From Amylibacter sp. (GTDB lineage: Bacteria; Pseudomonadota; Alphaproteobacteria; Rhodobacterales; Rhodobacteraceae), in the NCBI GenBank assembly GCA_037625035.1, contig JASJIO010000030.1:11778-75777 (forward strand): a stretch of DNA of 64,000 bases, in the 5' to 3' direction. Positions 58,215 through 64,000 of this stretch are shown in pieces (positions within the stretch are counted from its first letter, which is position 1; each line of letters starts with the position of its first letter). The position numbers were made by a program, and so were the translations under genes. Below the pieces are notes generated by a model that was not told where the DNA came from, did no database searches, and was given only the letters and a program-made list of their open reading frames with translations.

Positions 58215-59252
58215 ATGATGGAATGTGATTTGCGAACGAATATTTATTATCTGCTGATTCCTCGTTTCAACATGTTTTCTTTGTCAAACGTGATGGAACC
58301 GACGCGCATTGCGAATTACCTTTCCAAAGATGAGGTTTATGGCCACAGTTTCATAAGTTTTGACGGTAGTGACATTTCGGCCAGCAATGGAATGAAAGTC
58401 CGATGTGAAGTGGCGCCTCAACGGGTCGAGCGCGACGAGATGGTGTTTGTTTTAGGAAGTTGGGGAGCAGAACATTATGCCAACAAGCCATTGTTTTCTT
58501 GGTTGCGTTTGCAGGCTCGCAATGGGGTTCGAATATTTGCGATTGAAATGGGGGCGTACATCTTGGCCCGCGCAGGTTTGTTGGCCAAACGAAAAGCGAC
58601 GACCCATTGGTCCTATCTCGCTGGATTTCAGGAACAGTTTCCAGAAATAGAAGTCAGCGAACAGCTTTATACGGAACAAAACAGAATATTTTGCAGTGCG
58701 GGTTCAACAGCGGGTTTGGATTTGATGCTTCATTTGATCGAAGATACTTATGGAACAACTCTGTCGGCCGAAGTTTCAGACATAATGCTCCACAGCGGAG
58801 CGCGGGCTGGAGCAGAACCACAACGCAAAACGTTAGGGCGCGGCACTGAGGCTCTTTTGCCAAATGTGCGCGAAGCGATTGCGTTGATTGAAGGAAATAT
58901 CAGTGAACCTTTGACCATACCAGAAATTGCAGTTGAAATTGGACTGTCTCAAAGACAATTAGAACGGCAGTTTAACAAGGCGGTAGGGTGCAGCATTGTT
59001 CAATTCGGTCTGTTGGTCCGGTTGCAACATGCTCGAGTTTTGTTAATCTCTACAGACTTAGGTGTGCGCGAAATTGCAACGGCTTCTGGATTCAATTCGC
59101 TGTCCCATTTTGCTTTTGCGTTCAAGAAATGCTTCGGGCGCAGGCCAAGCGAATATCGAAATGCATGGCCAGAGGGGGACACCGCTCCCCATTGGCCAGG
59201 TACACTAGGCCGGTTTTTGGAAACACTAAAGCCAATTAAAACAGCAGGCTAA
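58215..59252 (+). CDS. GlxA-family regulator (DJ-1/PfpI-like domain plus AraC HTH), CdhR/GbdR-like
   Basis: 345 aa. N-terminal amidotransferase-like domain and a C-terminal AraC-type double HTH (...SGFNSLSHFAFAFKKCFGRRPSEYR). Confidence 0.8.
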   Translation: MMECDLRTNIYYLLIPRFNMFSLSNVMEPTRIANYLSKDEVYGHSFISFDGSDISASNGMKVRCEVAPQRVERDEMVFVLGSWGAEHYANKPLFSWLRLQARNGVRIFAIEMGAYILARAGLLAKRKATTHWSYLAGFQEQFPEIEVSEQLYTEQNRIFCSAGSTAGLDLMLHLIEDTYGTTLSAEVSDIMLHSGARAGAEPQRKTLGRGTEALLPNVREAIALIEGNISEPLTIPEIAVEIGLSQRQLERQFNKAVGCSIVQFGLLVRLQHARVLLISTDLGVREIATASGFNSLSHFAFAFKKCFGRRPSEYRNAWPEGDTAPHWPGTLGRFLETLKPIKTAG

Positions 59253-60190
59253 GCCGTGTCGCGAATGGCCCGCAGGACCGCCACGATTTGCTCATCTCGT
59301 TTGGCTGCCATATCTTCAAACCCACGTGAGCCAGCAATCTCGTTACAGCCATCCACCATACGATCGCGCAATTCTTTTGTCAGCTCAGGGGCTTCCAAGC
59401 GGGTCCAAGGCAGTTTTAGCGCTGGGCCAAATTGATCAAGGTTTGTTGCCATGCCACCGGCACCACAGGCAACATGAAACGCCATACATTGACCCTGGAT
59501 AGCCATGCGAGGGGCAGGGCCATTGATAAGGGCAGTGTCGATATCTGCTGGTGTTGCCTCGCCACTTGCTACCATGTGCAAGGCTTCACGCCACAGGGCT
59601 TCCTGCAAGCGAGTTGCCACAAAACCAGGAATTTCCTTTTTCATGATCAACGGCGCTTTGCCAGCTATTTCATAAAATTCACTGGCCCAAGCAACGGCCG
59701 CAGCGTCTGTGGCTTTGCCGCCAACGATTTCAACAAGCGGCAATAGATAGGGGGGGTTGAAAGGATGCCCTATCACGCAGCGGCCCGGTGTGTCACATTT
59801 GGCCTGTATATCTGTCATTGTTAGACCCGAAGTTGACGACCCGATGATGACATTAGATGGAACAATTTGCCCAAGTTGGGCATAGAGTGTCTGTTTCATC
59901 TCAAGATTTTCAGGCGCACTTTCTTGTATGAATTCAGCGCCTTTTACGGCATCTTTTAAGTCGGTTGAGACGCGCAGCCGATCTCTTGATGCACCCGGTG
60001 CAAGCCCAAGATCCGTCAGGCTTTTCCATGCGGTGTCTAAAATCGCTTCAAACGCGGGTAATTCCGCGATGTCATGCAAATAGATCGTCACATCAAAGCC
60101 ACGCGCCAGAAAATGCGCCGACCAGCCACCACCGATTGGCCCACCTCCGATAGAGGTAACGCGCGTAACTTTACTTAGGTCTGGATACAT
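59249..60190 (-). CDS. L-carnitine dehydrogenase-like 3-hydroxyacyl-CoA-dehydrogenase-family protein
   Basis: 313 aa. IGGGPIGGGWSAHFLARGFDV and GHPFNPPYLLPLVE motifs. Confidence 0.75.
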   Translation of the reverse strand: MYPDLSKVTRVTSIGGGPIGGGWSAHFLARGFDVTIYLHDIAELPAFEAILDTAWKSLTDLGLAPGASRDRLRVSTDLKDAVKGAEFIQESAPENLEMKQTLYAQLGQIVPSNVIIGSSTSGLTMTDIQAKCDTPGRCVIGHPFNPPYLLPLVEIVGGKATDAAAVAWASEFYEIAGKAPLIMKKEIPGFVATRLQEALWREALHMVASGEATPADIDTALINGPAPRMAIQGQCMAFHVACGAGGMATNLDQFGPALKLPWTRLEAPELTKELRDRMVDGCNEIAGSRGFEDMAAKRDEQIVAVLRAIRDTA

Positions 60191-60192
60191 TG

Positions 60193-60996
60193 TTATTCGC
60201 CCTTAAAGTTTGGTTCGCGTTTTTCAACAAAGGCTGCAACACCCTCGGCCGCATCGATCGATTTCAACATTTTGCGATACGTTGGCATCGGGTCCGTGCG
60301 CATTTTGTGAAACGCTTTTTCTAACGGCTCGCATTCAATGGCACGTTGTACTTCCTTTACGCTTTGCATGGCCAGTGGAGCGGACCAAGCAATCGAAGCG
60401 GCCCATTCTCGCGCAGCGTCCATCAGATTTTCCTTTGGTACCACTTTGTTGACCAAGCCGTAGTGTGCCGCCTCGATAGCGGTCATGCGACGACCCAGCA
60501 AAAACATCTCCATTGCAATATTATGTGGAATTCGGCGCGGTAGTCGCTGTAACGCGCCAGCGTCTGGAACAATACCTAAAGGCATTTCAGGCAGGCCAAA
60601 TTCAACGTGATCCGCGGCGATAATCAAATCACAGGCCAGCGCCATCTCAAAGCCGCCGCCAACAGCCAAACCATTGATAGCGCAAATGACAGGCTTGTTC
60701 AGTTCCCAATTTTCTGTAAGCCCGGTAAACCCGCCTTCGCCGTAATCATCAGATTCCCACCAGTTATCTAACTGCATGTCACCGTCATTCAGTGCCTTCA
60801 AATCCCACCCAGCTGAGAAGATTTTCTGCCCGCCGCCTGTCAAAATCGCAACACGCAAGCTTTTGTCTTTGCGGAACTGGCTAAAGGCCGCAGCCAAGGC
60901 TTGGGACGTGGGTACGTCGATTGCGTTTACTTTGCCCCGCGCCAAAGTCACTTCCATCACATGGTCGACAATCTTTACGTCTACTTCATTACTCAT
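60193..60996 (-). CDS. Enoyl-CoA hydratase/isomerase (CaiD / crotonobetainyl-CoA hydratase-like)
   Basis: 267 aa, crotonase fold. FSAGWDLKA and NGLAVGGGFEMALACD. Confidence 0.8.
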   Translation of the reverse strand: MSNEVDVKIVDHVMEVTLARGKVNAIDVPTSQALAAAFSQFRKDKSLRVAILTGGGQKIFSAGWDLKALNDGDMQLDNWWESDDYGEGGFTGLTENWELNKPVICAINGLAVGGGFEMALACDLIIAADHVEFGLPEMPLGIVPDAGALQRLPRRIPHNIAMEMFLLGRRMTAIEAAHYGLVNKVVPKENLMDAAREWAASIAWSAPLAMQSVKEVQRAIECEPLEKAFHKMRTDPMPTYRKMLKSIDAAEGVAAFVEKREPNFKGE

Positions 60997-61007
60997 TGGA
61001 AATTTCC

Positions 61008-62045
61008 TTATTGGAATGCGGGAATGACTTCGTCACAGAACAGTTTTAAGGACCGTTTTTGCGCGTCGTGGCTCAGCCCCATAGAGGCGTAGTATATGTA
61101 TTCATCCACCCCAAGCTGTTCATATTTTTTGATTTTTTGGATCACCGTGTCAGGCGAGCCAAACATTAAATTCTCTTCCAGCATTACAGGGTCGTACTGT
61201 TCGCGCCCCTCCAGCTCGGTCAGCGGAATTTCCTTGGGGAAGCCGTTTGTTACATCATCCAAGTTGCGATATAGGTTTTCAAACTGCCCCAAAACACGGG
61301 TAATTGCGGCAATCGCTTCGTTGCGCCCCGCATCATTTTCATAAAGCGCAGTGTGACGCATCAAAGCGAATATCGGTTTGGCCGTGCCGCCCTGTTTGGC
61401 AATCGCCTCGTCTAGCTGGCGTTTATACAATTCCGCTTCTGCGTGGGGGCGGGTAAAAGGCCAACACATGACGTTTGCATTGTTGGCAACTGCGTAGTCA
61501 TAGGTAATCGGTGAACGGGCTGCGACCCAGATCGGGGGATGGGGTTGTTGTAAGGGTTTTGGCACAGACGTGGATGTTGGAAACTGCCAATATTCGCCAT
61601 CATGAGCATAATCGCCTTGCCACAAGTTCAGCAAAGCCGGCAGCATCTCCTGCATGTATTTATAGCCATCAGATTGTTTTAAACCCGGCTTCATTCGGTC
61701 AAATTCACGTTGATACGCGCCTGATCCAATTCCAAACTCCAATCGCCCGCCACTTATCAAATCAAGGAATGCGGCTTCGCCTGCGAGATTGATCGGATGC
61801 CAATAGGCCGCCGTTGCAACAGCGGTGCCGAGGCGAATTTTACTGGTTTCCGCCGCCCACCAAGTGAGTATTTGAAACGGATTAGGCGCGATGGTCATTT
61901 CGAGCGCATGGTGCTCTGCTGACCAGACAATACCAAAGCCACCGTCTTCAGCCATTTGCACCATCTCAAGCGTGTGGCGCGCGACGTCTTGCATATTAAG
62001 GCTGTTGTCCAGCCGCTCTAGGTTCACTGCAAGTTGGAATTTCAT
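61008..62045 (-). CDS. LLM-class (luciferase-like) flavin-dependent monooxygenase/oxidoreductase
   Basis: About 345 aa. MKFQLAVNLERL...FGIVWSAEHH. ATG 62045 is preferred over the track start 62075. Confidence 0.8.
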   Translation of the reverse strand: MKFQLAVNLERLDNSLNMQDVARHTLEMVQMAEDGGFGIVWSAEHHALEMTIAPNPFQILTWWAAETSKIRLGTAVATAAYWHPINLAGEAAFLDLISGGRLEFGIGSGAYQREFDRMKPGLKQSDGYKYMQEMLPALLNLWQGDYAHDGEYWQFPTSTSVPKPLQQPHPPIWVAARSPITYDYAVANNANVMCWPFTRPHAEAELYKRQLDEAIAKQGGTAKPIFALMRHTALYENDAGRNEAIAAITRVLGQFENLYRNLDDVTNGFPKEIPLTELEGREQYDPVMLEENLMFGSPDTVIQKIKKYEQLGVDEYIYYASMGLSHDAQKRSLKLFCDEVIPAFQ

Positions 62046-62064
62046 ATCTGTCTCTCTTTCTTGC

Positions 62065-63207
62065 TCACGAAGCAATCATCTGCGTGGAGTACCAGTGGGC
62101 AAATCCAGCTACGTTTGGTTCTAAAAGTGGTTGGAAGCGTCCTTGTTTGGCATCAGGAGACGAAAACCCGCGGTGTTGGTTCACCAGAGCAGGGATGTCT
62201 TCGGCCAGAGCTGCATCCAATCGAATGTGATAGGCGGCGAGTTTTTCTTCGGCGCCATCTGTGCCCAAAGTTTCAGGAGGAAAGCAGGCAGTTTGCACAA
62301 CATGACATTTGTTCGGGCCAAGTGGGTAGGCCTCATAAACCCAAAGCGCATCGGTGCCAGCGGCAAAGGTCATATTGGGAAACAACCATGTATAGCGCAC
62401 TCCTGTTTTTGCTTCGCCAGTAAGGCCGGGAATGGGCGGTAGCGCTTTGTCCTGTTCGGTTTGCAACAGGCCACCGGTTCCTTCGGTGCGCCCGAACTGG
62501 CTGACAAATGCGCCATTGGTTTCGTTAGGGGACTCTGGCTCGTTGTACACATCATCAATACTGTCTGGATGCACGAAGGGCAGGTGATAATATTCGTTGA
62601 ATACCTCCAAAAACGCTTTCCAATTACAATCCACCGTCATTTCCCACCGCCGTGTTGTCGTCAGGGATTCCAGCGGCCATGGTGTGTGCATCTGTGAAAA
62701 ATCACCCAGAACATCGTCGATATCTGGCGCATCGAGGTTCAGGCATAGAAACACAAAACCGTCTCGTTCCGCTGTTCGATACTCAATCAGATTAAAATTC
62801 TCGCGTTCGAAACCTGCCACATCTTGCATGTGCGGGGCCGCAACAAGCGTGCCATCTAACTTATAGGCCCAAGAATGAAATGGACAGCGCAGACCACGGC
62901 ACTGGCCTTGTCCATCCTGCAGACGAGCAGAGCGGTGACGGCAGGTGTTTGCAAAGGCTCGTAGCTTAGTGTCACGGCCACGCACCAATAAAAGTGCTTG
63001 CCCAGCGATATCCATGGTAATGAAGTCGCCCTCATTTGCGGCGACGTCACTGCGACCCGCGCCAAACCAAGATTTTCGAAACAGCAAGTCCAATTCTACC
63101 TCTGTTACAGAAGGCTCGACATAACAAGCAGGAGGTAGGCTGTGGGCGTGCTCTGCGGGCTGCTGACAGGCCGCAAGCCCTGTTTTCAGGACGGTATCAA
63201 AAGCCAT
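62065..63207 (-). CDS. Rieske [2Fe-2S] non-heme-iron oxygenase alpha subunit
   Basis: 380 aa. Rieske motif CRHRSARL...CPFHSWAY and a mononuclear-iron motif NEYYHLPFVH. Confidence 0.85.
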   Translation of the reverse strand: MAFDTVLKTGLAACQQPAEHAHSLPPACYVEPSVTEVELDLLFRKSWFGAGRSDVAANEGDFITMDIAGQALLLVRGRDTKLRAFANTCRHRSARLQDGQGQCRGLRCPFHSWAYKLDGTLVAAPHMQDVAGFERENFNLIEYRTAERDGFVFLCLNLDAPDIDDVLGDFSQMHTPWPLESLTTTRRWEMTVDCNWKAFLEVFNEYYHLPFVHPDSIDDVYNEPESPNETNGAFVSQFGRTEGTGGLLQTEQDKALPPIPGLTGEAKTGVRYTWLFPNMTFAAGTDALWVYEAYPLGPNKCHVVQTACFPPETLGTDGAEEKLAAYHIRLDAALAEDIPALVNQHRGFSSPDAKQGRFQPLLEPNVAGFAHWYSTQMIAS

Positions 63208-63210
63208 GGA

Positions 63211-64000
63211 TCACCTCATCACAAACGGATTGGCTATTGGTTCATCCGATGTGTTCATCCAGATCGTCTTGGGACGCGTGTAATCATACATGGCTTGGAA
63301 ACCGCTTTCACGTCCGTACCCCGAACCTTTCACGCCGCCAAATTCGGCAATCGGGGACACAACGCGGTAGGTGTTCACCCAAACGATACCAGCACGTACG
63401 GCGTCCGCCACGCGCAGGGATCGTGCGCTGTTTTGGGTGAAAATTCCTGCCGCCAACCCGTGTTCTGTATCATTGGCCAGCGCAATGACCTCTTCTTCGG
63501 TTTTGAAACGCTGAACGCAAAGGACGGGGCCAAACAACTCCGTATCCACGATGCGTAAATCTTGTCTTGGACAGTCGATGATTGTGGGTTCGTAAAATAG
63601 ACCATAGCCTGTGTTTTCAGGCTGCTTGCCACCTGTTAAAATAGTTCCGCCTTCGCTTTGGGCATGGGCGACTTCGGTTTGAATGTGGTCCAACTGTCCT
63701 TGAGTACACAGTGGTCCCATCTGCGTTTCGTCGTCCAACGGATCACCAATTACGATTGCCTTGGTTTGCTTGGTTATGCGTTCGAGAAACTCGTCTGCAA
63801 TGCCTTCGTGCAGATACAACCGCGATCCCGCGACACAACTTTGCCCTGTTGCACCAAAAATACCCGCGATTGAAGCATTCACGGCGCTTTCAATGTTTGC
63901 ATCATCGAAGACAATAAACGGGGATTTACCGCCGAGCTCCAGCGAGACTTCGGCAAAATTTCGTTTTGAGTTTTCAAGCACATGGCGCGCTGCATTGGGG
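63211..64000 (-). CDS. NAD(P)-dependent aldehyde dehydrogenase; N-terminus beyond the window
   Basis: ELGGKSP and GQSCVAGSR (catalytic Cys) motifs. The frame stays open to the window end. Confidence 0.85.
   Translation of the reverse strand, partial: PNAARHVLENSKRNFAEVSLELGGKSPFIVFDDANIESAVNASIAGIFGATGQSCVAGSRLYLHEGIADEFLERITKQTKAIVIGDPLDDETQMGPLCTQGQLDHIQTEVAHAQSEGGTILTGGKQPENTGYGLFYEPTIIDCPRQDLRIVDTELFGPVLCVQRFKTEEEVIALANDTEHGLAAGIFTQNSARSLRVADAVRAGIVWVNTYRVVSPIAEFGGVKGSGYGRESGFQAMYDYTRPKTIWMNTSDEPIANPFVMR

Noticed and set aside
1-64000. Search for CRISPR arrays, rRNA/tRNA genes, riboswitch-like leaders, toxin-antitoxin pairs and recognisable phage-defence cassettes.
   Set aside because: I saw no regularly spaced direct repeats, no tRNA-like cloverleaf candidates in the intergenic regions I inspected, and no small paired ORFs with TA-like features. 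This was inspection by eye, so tRNAscan, Infernal and defence-finder runs are still needed to confirm absence.

Overview
The window looks like a chromosomal segment of a marine alphaproteobacterium. Gene content resembles Rhodobacteraceae (roseobacter group) and GC is roughly 50-55% by eye, but the taxon cannot be verified without a database search. I call about 55 protein-coding genes or gene remnants. I recognised no rRNA, tRNA or CRISPR array.

Main contents:
1. Housekeeping genes: rnr, dapE, recQ, an rluA-like gene, yaaA, and a split mnmC pair.
2. An LPS-core/Kdo locus: an lpxL-like gene, waaA, a compact protein carrying the eukaryote-type GT29 sialyltransferase motifs, and kpsF.
3. Three methylated or quaternary-amine catabolic modules:
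   - A putative glycine betaine -> dimethylglycine -> sarcosine -> glycine operon at 12.6-20.1 kb.
   - An OYE/FAD demethylase-like gene next to a hydantoinase A/B-aldolase-SDR operon at 35.3-42.9 kb.
   - A gamma-butyrobetaine/carnitine-type supercluster at 48.9-64 kb, with an ABC importer, BKACE, a CdhR-like regulator, carnitine dehydrogenase, a CaiD-like hydratase, an ADP-forming CoA ligase and an ACAD, plus an unexplained LLM monooxygenase/Rieske oxygenase/ALDH trio.
4. A more AT-rich islet of about 4.7 kb (29.1-33.9 kb). It holds an atypical ABC exporter (TMD-NBD plus an extra C-terminal domain), a membrane fusion protein and a DUF3131-like gene. All three are inactivated, and an IS3-family scar sits at the right edge.
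5. A second IS3 scar at 47.6 kb that joins a truncated glycosyltransferase to a truncated acyl-CoA synthetase.

The window is unusually rich in pseudogenes: nhaA, the MFP, the ABC exporter, the DUF3131-like gene, a LysR regulator, a thioredoxin-like gene, the glycosyltransferase and the ACS fragment. Two lesion types recur: in-frame nonsense codons, and single-base deletions in short homopolymers.

All family assignments come from reading the translated ORFs and from remembered motifs. None has been checked by a search.
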